Shown piece after piece: positions 51,655-64,000 of a stretch of 64,000 bases of DNA (position 1 is its first letter; each line of letters begins with the position of its first letter). The notes below the pieces were generated by a model. That model was not told where the DNA came from and searched no databases. It saw only the letters and a program-made list of their open reading frames with translations. Made by a program: the position numbers and the translations under genes. This DNA is from Macrostomum lignano (Eukaryota), in the NCBI GenBank assembly GCA_002269645.1, contig NIVC01002104.1, forward strand, positions 19,773 through 83,772, in the 5' to 3' direction.

Positions 51655-54600
51655 TCAGGGCAGGACTCGAAGCCGATCAGAGAATCGACGCCAGGATCTG
51701 CGCGACATCAAACTTAACCGGGCCTGAGGAGAGAAAATAACAACAAATGCTTAACATTCTACTAAAGGCAACTGGTCAGCAAGCATTAGGATAATCTTTC
51801 TATATTATAATCCTATGGTTTTTCTTATGTAAGGTTGAATTGCAATATTTGAAGGCCTTTACCGGATCAATGACGGCTTCGGGTTCGCCAGCGTCGCCAG
51901 ATTCGTCGACTGGGGAGGCCGTGGCGGCGGGTGCCAGCCGGCGCTGCTTGGCTGCAGCAGAGCTGCCGGACTTTGCCCAGCTGAACATGATTGGACGCCA
52001 CTTCAGGCCCAAACTGCGACTGTTGCCATTGTCAAAGTCGTTTGCATCGCCAGCTTCAGGGACGACGACTTCAGCGGCTGGCTCGTCGCCTCCGCCACTG
52101 CTGCTGCTGACTTGCTCGCTGGCTTGGCCGCCAGTTGCCGCTGTGGTATTGGCCGAAGTCGTTGGCCAGCAGTTGCGCTTCGAACCGACGGTCAACTGGG
52201 TAAACTGCGATAAAGTCCGAAGACCACCGATCCGCTTAGCAACTAGCGACTGACGCTGATTCGAGCTGTCAATCATTCTAGCTCTGCTGCTGCTGTTAGA
52301 ATCCTCCTCAGTTTTGGCCAAATCGCTAGCCAATAAGCCAACAGCTTGGCCAACAACAGTGTCCACAGCTGGAAAGACGTTGGACGATTCTGGCGGCGAC
52401 TCTGGCCAGGTAGGCCCGAAACTCGGCTGTTGGAGCAGCAGCGATTCGCCTCGTGCGATGACCGACGCCAGCTCAGATTCGACCGAGCTCAATTCGCCCG
52501 CTATTAGCGACTCCATCGATTGCGTCACGTCTTGGATTGACTGGTCGGCTACGAAGGTGTCCGCCTCGGAGGATGTCGACACGCGACGGGGCTGAGTCTC
52601 AGACGCTGTAGTCGCTGGTGCTGCCGGAGGCTCCGACGCTGTAGTCGCTGGTCCTACCGGAGGCTCCGACGCTGTCGTTGGTGCTGATGGAGGCTTCGAC
52701 GCTGTAGTCGCTGGTCCTACCGGAGGCTCCGACGCTGTCGTTGGTGCTGATGGAGGCTCCGACGGTGTAGTCGTTGGTGCTGATGGAGGCTCCGACGGTG
52801 TAGTCGTTGGTGCTGATGGAGGCTCCGACGGTGTAGTCGTTGGTGCTGATGGAGGCTCCGACGGTGTAGTCGTTGGTGCTGATGGAGGCTCCGACGCTGT
52901 AGTCGTTGGTGCTGATGGAAGCTCCGACGCTGTAGTCGCTGGTGCTGATGGAGGCTCCGACGCTGTAGTCGTTGGTGCAGATGGAAGCTCCGACGCTGTA
53001 GTCGCTGGTGCTGCCAGAGGTTCCGACGGTGTAGTCGTTGGTGCTGATAGAGGCTCCGACGGTGTAGTCCTTGGTGCTGATGGAGGCTCCGACGGTGTAG
53101 TCGTTGGTGCTGCCAGAGGTTCCGACGGTGTAGTCGTTGGTGCTGATAGAGGCTCCGACGGTGTAGTCCTTGGTGCTGATGGAGGCTCCGACGGTGTAGT
53201 CGTTGGTGCTGCCAGAGGTTCCGACGGTGTAGTCGTTGGTGCTGATAGAGGCTCCGACGGTGTAGTCCTTGGTGCTGATGGAGGCTCCGACGGTGTAGTC
53301 GTTGGTGCTGATGAAGGCTCCGACGCTGTAGTCGCTGGTGCAGATGGAGGCTCCGACACTGCACTCATTGGTGCTGCCGGAGGCTCCGACGCTATCGTTG
53401 GTGCTCGAGGGGCGGAGGTGGCGGCGGCGGAAAAGAGGAAATTGAAGGCGGCGGCGGAGGATCAGAGCCCAGCCGAGATTCGAATCGAATAAGCAGCTTC
53501 AGCGAACGCGACACGTCCAAGTCTATCATCTCGTTTGATGACGGCGGCAGTGGTGGAGGCGGAGGCCGCGGCGGCCTTGGCAGCAAGGGGCGCAGCTGCC
53601 TCCGCCTGGCCTTGGTGTCGCCAACCGGCTGCACGGAGGCGTACTTCCGACACAAGCCGCACTGGCTGGGACTGACGACTGCCGCTCCCGCGTAGGGGAC
53701 GAACTCGCGACTATCAGCTGGCGCAGCCGATCCCGACTGTGGATTGCTAGTGGACAAGTCGGCGACGCCGACACTGCAGGCGGCAATGACGGTGGACAGT
53801 CGGCTGTAGGCATCGGCAAGGGCAGCTGGCACGGTGTACTCCTGACTGGGGTCGGTAGTGTCTAGACGCATCAGCGGATCGGGACAGTCGCTGCTTGACG
53901 GCTGTTCCAGCAGGATGCAGGCTTCACCATTGCTGGCGTCCTTATCAACAGCGCCGTTGCTATCCTCGCCGCCGATGACGTGTTCCGGACCCACTAAACT
54001 TAAAGCGCAGTCGTTAACAAGGTCGTCAACCACTTCTAGATTGTCCAGATCGATGCTGCAAGAGTCGTCCTCCTCGTCGTCTTGTACAGCGCCGCCGTTC
54101 TGTTCAATGCTGGACGGATCAACAGTCTCGCAGGCTTCGGTAAAATCTTGTTGACTATCCGGTTCCGGGCGGTCGGCCTCCGCCTGCTCATCGGCTTTAC
54201 GGGTGTCTGGTGTTTGGTCAGTTGCTAACAAACTAGCGTTCCGGTCCGCGCCCAAATCAATGACAATATTGCGGCAGAACAGGCCGGAAGCAGGGTACAG
54301 GACTTCCTCGGATTTCTGCTGCTGCTGGCGGCGGTCTGTTGAAGTGGTGTCAGAGCATTATTTACGGTTCTTAAATGAGATCGAAGGGATTCTTGAATGA
54401 GATCAAAGGGCGATTCTTAAATGAGATCGAAGGGATTCTTAAATGAGATCGAAGGGATTCTTGAATGAAATCAAAGGCGATTCTTAAATGAGATCGAAGG
54501 GATTCTTAAATGAGATCGAAGGGATTCATGAATGAAATCAAAGGCGATTCTTAAATGAGATCGAAGGGATTCTTAAATGAGATCGAAGGGCGATTCTTGA

Positions 54601-57600
54601 ATGAGATCGAAGGGCGATTCTTAAATGAGATCGAAGGGCGATTTTTAAATGAGATCGAAGGAATTCTTAAATGAGATCGAAGGGCGATTCTTAAATGAGA
54701 TCAAAGGGCGATTCTTAAATGAGATCGAAGGGATTCTTAAATGAGATCGAAGGGCGATTCTTAAATGAGATCGAAGGGATTCTTAAATGAGATCGAAGGG
54801 ATTCTTAAATGAGATCGAAGGGCGATTCTTCAATGAGATCGAAGGGCGATTCTTAAATGAGATCGAAGGGATTCTTAAATGAGATCGAAGGGCGATTCTT
54901 CAATGAGATCGAAGGGCGATTCTTAAATGAAATCGAAGGGCGATTCTTCAATGAGATCGAAGGGCGATTCTTCAAGGAGATCGATTCCTAATGAAGATTG
55001 AATCAAATTGCTGGAGTTCATTAAGGGGTCATGCAAGGACACAAAGGGTGATTATTAAAAGATACTGAATGAATTTGTTGTACCTTCCGTTTCGCTCCCG
55101 CTGCAACTGCTGATGGAAGCGGGCGCGCTCCTCTTTCTAGAAACTTTCGTGTTGGCCTCCAGCGCGTCCAGGTAGCGCGCCAATGCCAGCCGGACGAACT
55201 GGCGCATATCCTTGTCGCCGCTGGCAGTCTCCACAACGCTGGATTGCCCGTCCAGCCCGTTAGAACTGGAAGCTACGCCCGCGTCAGCGAGGCAGCGCAG
55301 ATACCAGCGCCGGCTGCTCGTCCAAACGCGCGTGGGCCCTCTGGATTGAGTAGGTTGGAGGACTATGCAATGTGATGTGATATCTACTATACATTGCTTA
55401 GGGTGGCGTGAAGCTTTGAACAGAGTCTAAGGCGGATAGGTGACCATAGAAAGCATTGTGCACCATTGGAGACACCTGTGTCTGAGCTGGGGTCTTGACC
55501 CTAGAGTGTCTGAGCTGGGGTCTTGACCCTAGAGGGTCTGAGCTGGGGTCTCGACCATGGAGTGTCTGAGCTGGGGTCTCGACCCTAGAGGGTCTGAGCT
55601 GGGGTCTTGACCCTAGAGTGTCTGAGCTGGGGTCTTGACCCTAGAGTGTCTGAGCTGGGGTCTTGACCCTAGACAGTGTCTGAGCTGGGGTCTCGACCCT
55701 AGAGTGTCTGAGCTGGGGTCTCGACCCTAGAGTGTCTGAGCTGGGGTCTTGACCCTAGACAGTGTCTGAGCTGGGGTTTCGACCCTAGACATTGTGTCTG
55801 AGCTGGGTCTTGACCCTAGACAGTGTCTGAGCTGGGGTCTTGACCCTAGACATTGTGTCTGAGCTGGGGTTTCGACCCTAGACATTGTGTCTGAGCTGGG
55901 GTCTCGACCCTAGAGTGTCTGAGCTGGGGTCTTGACCCTAGACAGTGTCTGAGCTGGGGTCTCGACCCTAGACAGTGTCTGAGCTGGGGTCTCGACCCTA
56001 GACAGTGTCTGAGCTGGGGTCTCGACCCTAGACAGTGTCTGAGCTGGGGTCTCGACCCTAGACAGTGTCTGAGCTGGGGTCTCGACCCTAGACAGTGTCT
56101 GAGCTGGGGTCTCGACCCTAGACAGTGTCTGAGCTGGGGTCTCGACCCTAGACAGTGTCTGAGCTGGGGTCTCGACCCTAGACAGTGTCTGAGCTGGGGT
56201 CTCGACCCTAGACAGTGTCTGAGCTGGGGTCTCGACCCTAGACAGTGTCTGAGCTGGGGTCTTGACCCTAGACAGTGTCTGAGCTGGGGTCTTGACCCTA
56301 GAGTGTCTGAGCTGGGGTCTCGACCCTAGACAGTGTCTGAGCTGGGGTTTCGACCCTAGACATTGTGTCTGAGGTGGGGTTATGTCAAAAAACAGAACCC
56401 AAAATGGGCCATGATTTTAAAAGCATATCTAAGGTGGAGTTATATGACCCTAAAAGCGACATTAAGGGCTGACTAAAAGCAGTGACAACCACGCGCCCAC
56501 AGAAATTCAAGCAGGCTTATAGAATGAGTTTGTGAAGTATGCAAAAACACTACTTCTAAACAGTAGTATAATGCAGATATACCCGCCATCGATTGGTGAT
56601 AAAAATTTAGTTACAGACTATGATAACTACTGGGTTCAGGATGACTCACAAATAACCGGGCAAACGGGACTAAAAATGGATTAAAGACATACCTCAGTTG
56701 TTTCATATTCAATGCCTTAAAATATATTAGATATTCACCTCATCAATAGTAATGATTTCTGCTGGACCTGGACAACAAGGAGAAAGCGTTAAACACTGAA
56801 CAATCCGAGTAAAAAGATACAAGTAAAAAGGTGTCGAATACTAAAAGATGTCGACGATTTAAGTTAACGTTAGCGTTTGGGCTAGGGTTGACAGTCAAAT
56901 GTCACTGACAGTCAATTGTCACCTTGGCAGTTAATTGTCACTGACAGTTGTCACCCTGACAGTCAAGTGTCACTGACAGTCAATTGTCACTGAAATTCAA
57001 AAGTCACTGACATTCAAATGTCACTGACAGTTATTTGTCACCCTGACAGTCAATTGTCACTGACAGTCAATTGTCACTGACAGTCAATTGTCACTGACAG
57101 TCAATTGTCACTGACATTCAAAAGTCACTGACATTCAAATGTCACTGACAGTTATTTGTCACCCTGACAGTCAATTGTCACTGACAGTCAATTGTCACTG
57201 ACAGTCAATTGTCACCCTGACAGTCAAATGTCACCTTGACAGTAAAATAAATTACCACTGACATTCAAATGTCACTGACAGTTATTTGTCACCCTGACAG
57301 TCAAATGTCACTGAGTCGATTGTCACCCTGACAGTCAAATGTCACCTTGACAGTAAAATAAATTACCACTGACATTCAAATGTCACTGACAGTCAAATGT
57401 CACTGACAGTAAAATGTCACTGACAGTCAAATGTCACTGACAGTCAAATGTCACTGACAGTCAATTGTCACTGACCGTCGTCACTGACAGTCAATTGTCA
57501 CTGACCGTCAATTGTCACTGACCGTCAATTGTCGTCCTGACAGTCAATTGTCACTGACAGTTAATTATCTCCCTGACAGTCAATTGTCACCTTGGCAGTT

Positions 57601-60600
57601 AATTGTCACTGACAGTTGTCACCTTGACAGTCAATTGTCACTGACAGTCAATTGTCACTGACATTCAAAAGTCACTGACATTCAAATGTCACTGACAGTT
57701 ATTTGTCACCCTGACAGTCAATTGTCACTGACAGTCAATTGTCACCCTGACAGTCAAATGTCACTGACAGTTAATTATCTCCCTGACAGTCAATTGTCAC
57801 CTTGGCAGTTAATTGTCACTGACAGTTGTCACCTTGACAGTCAATTGTCACTGACATTCAAATGTCACTGACAGTTGTTTGTCACCCTGACAGTCAATTG
57901 TCACTGACAGTCAATTGTCACTGACAGTCAATTGTCACCCTGACAGTCAAATGTCACCTTGACAGTAAAATAAATTACCACTGACATTCAAATGTCACTG
58001 ACAGTCAAATGTCACTGACAGTCAATTGTCACTGACCGTCAATTGTCGTCCTGACAGTCAATTGTCACTGACAGTCAATTGTCACTGACCGTCAATTGTC
58101 ACTGACCGTCAATTGTCACTGACCGTCAATTGTCACTGACCGTCAATTGTCGTCCTGACAGTCAATTGTCACTGACAGTGAAATTGCCCTAAACCCGAAT
58201 GAAAATCTTCTAGAAGATAAAAATTTCCCAGAAAGCCCAGCTCACCGTGCTGATTGGCAGCAGACAGCCAGAGATTAATTAGCAGATCGGACACGGAGCA
58301 CAACAGCGAATAGGTGGAATCTGGCAGCGCGCTCAACAGGCCTGGGGCGGACACTGGGGACTCAGCAGAAAAGGAGGAGGCGGAGGCGGCAGCGGCGGCG
58401 AACTGAGACCGTCGAGCCCGGGCGCAGTTGAGGCGGGATAGCCGACCGGGACTGTCTAACAGGCTGCCGCCAGCAGGTATCTCCCCGGCTGACAAAAATG
58501 CGAAAAAAATATTAAATAAACTTCACAATAGCAATTCAGCCCGCTCAATGTTGCCCGCAGTCATGCGCTAGGTTTGCCGACCCCTGATTTAGTAGATAGG
58601 CACTCTAATTTCCTGTCATTGGAGCTACTTACATTGATATTTCTGCATTGCCGCAGTCAGTTCAACGCTAAGGCATTGTTCGAGGCCTCTTAACTCGGCT
58701 GGGAGGCCGGCTCTAGCTGACTCATCTCCTGTATCTGCGCTGTCAGATGCGCCAATGGTAGACGCAACGGCGGCGAAACGACGACGCAATCGGCGTAATA
58801 TTTGTTCGGCATCTTCGCAGGTTCGACAGGACAGAGACATTAGCCAGGCTGCGGTGAGGGAGCACGTGTAGGAAATGCTTGGGGCCTAGTTAGATGCTTT
58901 TGTGAATGTTTCTTTTTATTTATTACCTAATTCTCTTTATCGGTGCTTCAGTAGCCGCTAATCTCTCACTTTGATGCTTCAGTAGCCGCTAATCCCTCAC
59001 TCTGATGCTTCAGTAGCCGCTAATCCTCACTCTTGATGCTTCAGTAGCCGCTAATCCCTCACTCTTGATGCTTCAGCAGCCGCTAATCCCTCACTCTTGA
59101 TGCTTCAGCAGCCGCTAATCCCTCACTCTTGATGCTTCAGCAGCCGCTAATCCCTTACTCTGATGCTCCAGTAGCCACTAATACCTCACTCTGATGCTTC
59201 AGCAGCCGCTAATCCCTCACTCTTGATGCTTCAGTAGCTGCTAATCCCTCAGTCTGATGCTCCAGTAGCCACTAATACCTCACTCTGATGCTTCAGCAGC
59301 CGCTAATCCCTCAGTCTGATGCTACACTAGTCGCTAATCCTTATTTTGCTGCTTCACTAGTCGCTAATCCCTCAATCGCCCAGCATATTCATAAATCATA
59401 ATATCAACTTACGAACAGACGCTGGCCATTCAAATCTTCGCATTCGATTTAAACATTTTGCCTGCGATTTAGTCAAATTAGCCAATAGCTCGGATAGGCA
59501 GTCTGCAGGCATTCAAAGGAATTAAAGGTGCGCAGGTTAGAACAGACACATTTAAACATTGTCTAGGCATCTGGTTTATTAGAGTAGTACAGTTTACTAA
59601 CCTTCAAATTCAATTTGTTGCGATGGTTGCAGTCCTGATAGAGATGACAGCCTACCTTCACCACTTTCATCAGCTTGTTTAGCTGTCAAATTGTCATCTG
59701 ATTCAGTCATGACTGCAGGCTGATTATTGACATGCTTCCCTGCACTGTTGAATTAAATCTACTGCAAAGTGCACGAATGATATCCTTTGAATTTTAATTA
59801 AGTTTTTCAATGTTTGGTCTTGTTATAATTTTTTGTTTATGAATATATATGTATAACAATTATTATACAATGTTGAACTGGTATGTTATAGTAAGGCCCA
59901 TTTTTGGGATAAATTTTTTTTGAGATAAGCAGTTTTTTATTGTTTACTACTATGAGTAGTTGGCTATTTATATTTCTAACATGCTATATAAAGGTACTTG
60001 ATTGTAATAAGAAAAGTTAACATTAAGGCTAGAAAGTCAATTGTTACTGACAATAAAATGTCAGATTTCAAATAAAAGCTATATTTCAAATAAAATATAG
60101 GTTCTTGACCCTAGATAGTGTCTAAGCTAAGCTAGGGTCCTAGATCAAATAATATTTGCCATTCAATAACTAAGACTTGAAAGACCATTAAAATTATTGA
60201 TTTGGTAGGTAGGAGTAGAACAATAGAAGTGAAAGTAAATAAATATTGCCTATTTGAAAGCTATTATAAGAGGAACTATAAATCTTTTAGGTTGGAATAC
60301 TTAAGCTACCAAGGTTTTTTATGTTAAATTTTATTACAAAGATAATAAGAGCTATAGTTCAGATGAATGTTTTCATTTTAAATCCCAAAGGATCTCTAAA
60401 GTCCTAGGGTCAAGAATTCAAGCAATAAGATTTTAATGAGATACAGTTATAATAAAAATAGTTTTAGATAAAAAAGCCTATGATAATAAGATTGATTATT
60501 TGCTTTGAGTTTTATTGACCATAGTAAATTAGGAATTTATTTATCTTTGGTATCTGTTATCACTAGCTTTAATATCATTAAAAGTTATAAGAAGATATAG

Positions 60601-63600
60601 AAAATTTACTAACTATAGATGTAGATATAGTCTTTAGATATTAATATAGATCTCAGTAATAGGAAAAGTTAGATATGGCTATAGACACATAAGAAAATTC
60701 TAGTCATGAGTTATAGTAAAACTCTGCCTTTCAAATACTAATACAAAATATAATATAAAAGATTGTAGAATATAATATATAATGCAATTCATATATATAT
60801 AATAATAACACCCTGATTTACACTGGCCATACAACTTACTTTTTGACAAAAATTGTGACTTACCTATAAAAAACCTAAGGTAAGCGAAAATTAATATAAT
60901 TTTAGATGAATAATAAGAAAAGGTCTAACTAGCCTACTATGACTATATTATTAAAGCTAAATCTTTCATCATCTAATAAGTACTACATCTATACTTTTTG
61001 GGTGGGAATTTTTGTAACTTACCTTGGCAAGGGGCTGGGCCCCTTGTCAGCTAGCTAGATTGGCTAGGTTGGCTGGGTATTATGTATGTATAGGCCCTAA
61101 TATAGCCTAACCTATATTAAACTAGCTATCATTATCAAAGTCTTTAGATATAAACCCTATATAAAGTATTCTAAGAAAGACTATAAAATAAAAGTTTTAA
61201 AAAAGATACCTTATACAAAATAATTGAATTAACATTAATAACTGGCAATTTCAAACAAATGCATGATAAAAACTGTCCAAAGAGTTAATAAAGTAGCTAG
61301 GGCCTAATTATCATAATACCAAAATGAGTCTGAGCTGTCAAGTGGTAATAATTTTGTATGCTCTTAGTTTCTATATCTATATAACTACAACAAACACTAA
61401 AGACATTGCCTTAGCCTAACTTTTATACCAGTTAATTTAATTAAATAATATCAAACAAAATGCATAGGCCTAGTTTATACGTTTAAACTCAGATAATACT
61501 GTTCAATATGCCTAGTCTATCGATAGGACTGCACTGCCATGGTGGCCCACTGCCATTACTCAGTATGTTTAACTAATAGAAAAAATAAAATAAAATCTGT
61601 GGATTTAAATTTTCTCTTCAAAATTTCCACGCCGACGATTTCGTATGTTACGTGGCTCATACTCGTATTGAGATAAATAGTTAGGTAAAAACAAATATTT
61701 GGGCTAAGTGCTTAGAAATATGCATTGCCACGCCAATACAGGATTAATTTTTAAAGGAGTGGCTTTCACTCTAGCAGCTTAGTATTGTCTGTATATAAAT
61801 ATTTTCTTGTAAAGGACTAAATATTTTATTATTTCTTGCGCCATTAGTCATGGCCAACTATATTTACATGTAAATTCCGTGCTTGATCTCAGTTTTAAAA
61901 GCTTTAAAAGCTGCATAAAATAAAAAAACGCAACAGTTTTAGTCCCTAGCTCTTATGCATCTTATTTAAATCCCATAAGGAGGAAAACCAATGATATAGG
62001 CCTATTGCTCGCTTTACGACCAAATTTGCACAAATACAGCGACGACGTTAAAAGACTTGGTACAACTTTTACTTCTTGGTCATTTTTCTCAATATCGCTG
62101 TATTACTGTTTGAGTTATATTTTAATGTCGCTTAAATAAAAATTGTAAGCGCTAGTACAATTTTATCTAAACAGCAACCTCGTAGAGTCCACATTAGAAA
62201 CTTGTAACAAATAACAAATGGAACAAATCACTTTCTCAGAGTTCGATTCTTTAAAAAGCCCGGAATCCGCATCATTAAACAAAGCCAACTCTTTTGCTAA
62301 AAAGATTAACCAGAAATTTAAACGTAGGACATACTTTTTACAAAAAAAACTTAAAAATTAAAAAAATGCTTGTAATTAGAAACGAAAAGAAAAAAGACGA
62401 CACTGTGGCGATCTGCAAATTTCACACACGCGCAACTTTAATCATGATAATCCAATATACTATATAACTCTATATCTATTTACTATTAAAGAGTTAAAAT
62501 GTTTTGATACTCTGCAGGACCATAGAATGCACTTTTTGTATGGGCAGTCATACCAGTTATGCAAATTTGGATTTTTAATTGTACTGTTATGTATATTTAC
62601 TTTATGCCATGTAAATTTGCTGGTTGTTTTTGACTCTTGCTTTAGCCGTGCTGGCTCACCAGTACTTGTTTCTGAAGCTACTGCTGATATGAAATGGCTG
62701 AAACTTTTATGAGACCATAAACTGATATGTTAAATGTTGTAGTATGGCTGGCTACATTTTAAAAGTTTAACAGTTAGTTTTACTATACCTGCATGATTAC
62801 CATTTTTATTATTATAAAAGTGTGCAGTTCTGTATTCAAATTTTACATCCTCTTTCATTTTTTTCTCAGTTGTGAAGCTTGAATTATTGTCCACTGCTAC
62901 ACTTGCCACAGTTTTAAAAACAAGTGTGCTATTCTAAGATTTTTATTTCAAAATTAATTTTCATAGTACTTCAGAATATTTAGTTTTACATAGTTTATAC
63001 CCTTAATGGTATATATTGAAACATATGAGTATATTGCATAATTTATATGCTTTGGCATGGTTTGGCAATTTTAAAATTATTAATATTATTGCAATTATTG
63101 CAATTATTGCAATTTTGCAATTTTCACAAAATTGCAAAATTCGACTGCTACACTTTCCAGGCTATGTGGCGCCAAATAGAGTGCCACACTTCCTTAAATT
63201 AATTAACAATTTTAAAATTAATTAATGAGTTGAGCATTGAGTATTTAGTTTTTTCAATGTTTGTATGCTTTAAAACTATAATTTTTCAATAGAGCATATA
63301 TTCAAAAGCAATTTAATTTTGATAAATTATTTTAAACTGAAATTTTCATGTTTGATACTAAAAGCTATAATACTGTATCATAACATTAATTTGGTTATTG
63401 CTTACCATGCTTTTCTAATAAAAATGCTTCTTAGACACCATATAAACTTATTTGATTTTATAAATTTTAAATTTTCGAATATTTTAATAACTACTGATAG
63501 TTAAATGTTTAATCTTTTCTTACTAAATAAAAATGCACAGGCTCCCTAACTAAGACAGATTGTTTTCGCATGACCTAAATGACAATTAATACAGTTTTGC

Positions 63601-63978
63601 AATATTTACTATTATTAATTTCCCTCTATAACAAAGGAAATACTCGTTTTTTTAATCTTTTTTCATTGAATATTTACTTAAGCTTACTGCATCTGATAAC
63701 ATAATATTATTTAGCCTAAAAGTAATAAAATTATTTAACTCTGTGTAATATTTTACTGCGTTTGCTCACACATTTAAGGCCCACAAAGCAGTCCCAGCAG
63801 AGTCATCATAGTCTTGCTGAACACAGGACATTCCGGACGCCGATCTGCAAGTCCTGGCCAGCGCTTTACAGAATTTCTCTGTCTGAGCGCCAACTGCAGC
63901 GGCGACTCGCCAGCCGCCATCTGCCTGATCTGCTGCGCGCAATCCTAGCGGCTCTCGCTGTCCTCGAGCTGCAGCCAA
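51655..63978 (-). CDS. 3' part of a large unidentified multi-exon gene with a low-complexity Ser/Thr/Pro exon; exons about 63978-63772, 58885-58633, 58488-58246, 55338-55084, 54335-51863 (1-bp frameshift near 53415), 51723-51655
   Basis: GC-rich exons with compatible phases (0,1,1,1) join into one frame up to 53415. ORFs 53392-54255 and 51800-53368 are offset by one base at a C-run. The acceptor at 55338 and the last exon are less certain. Confidence 0.6.
52590..53400 (-). repeat. Coding 33-bp repeat (SEPPSAPTTTP-like, about 24 units)
   Basis: 11-aa periodicity in ORF 51800-53368; length variants are multiples of 3. Confidence 0.9.
54370..54985. repeat. 22-24-bp intronic minisatellite (TTCTTAAATGAGATCGAAGGG[CG]A)
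   Basis: Direct periodicity. Confidence 0.95.
55478..56375. repeat. 28-32-bp intronic minisatellite (GTGTCTGAGCTGGGGTCTCGACCCTAGACA)
   Basis: Perfect 30-bp period at 55950-56250. Confidence 0.95.
56890..58180. repeat. About 17-bp self-complementary minisatellite (GTCAATTGTCACTGACA) with higher-order blocks
   Basis: Direct periodicity; the AGTAAAATAAATTACCAC marker recurs at about 57241, 57352 and 57964. Confidence 0.95.
58940..59370. repeat. About 31-32-bp intronic minisatellite (GATGCTTCAGTAGCCGCTAATCCCTCACTCT)
   Basis: Direct periodicity. Confidence 0.9.
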
Positions 63979-64000
63979 CTAGTCGAGCTGTTGAGCGCCT

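Noticed and set aside
59400-63700. Short ORFs in the AT-rich stretch (62527, 63016, 63319)
   Set aside because: Low-complexity AT-rich translations inside an inferred 4.9-kb intron; no coding signal.

Overview
Animal genomic DNA, not prokaryotic. GC-rich spliced genes have introns packed with minisatellites, and there are many DNA transposons. The style fits a flatworm such as Macrostomum lignano (inference only). Hand-built gene models: a single-pass membrane protein (2.3-3.0 kb, -); HTRA2/Omi protease (3 exons, +), followed closely by the LRP chaperone MESD, whose main exon lacks an initiator Met (possible trans-spliced operon); a C22orf15/CXorf65-family gene (4 exons, -); a 115-aa secreted prepropeptide with two Cys-rich peptides (+); a PA-TM-RING-H2 E3 ligase (5 exons, +); and the 3' part of a large unidentified gene with a mucin-like repeat exon (-). 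Mobile elements: a hAT-type MITE with a perfect 8-bp TSD; a three-level nest (hAT-like MITE > hairpin-array element with 22-bp TIRs > intact DD34D mariner); decayed mariner and Tc1 copies; and a nearly intact, intron-containing Crypton tyrosine-recombinase transposon inside an intron. A CCATAGACAAA motif found at the Crypton left end recurs in inverted pairs at 36.9-40.8 kb. A 1,722-bp tandem duplication covers a gene 5' end. Most long ORFs in the track are tandem-repeat artefacts. All models come from manual reading; no database searches were run.
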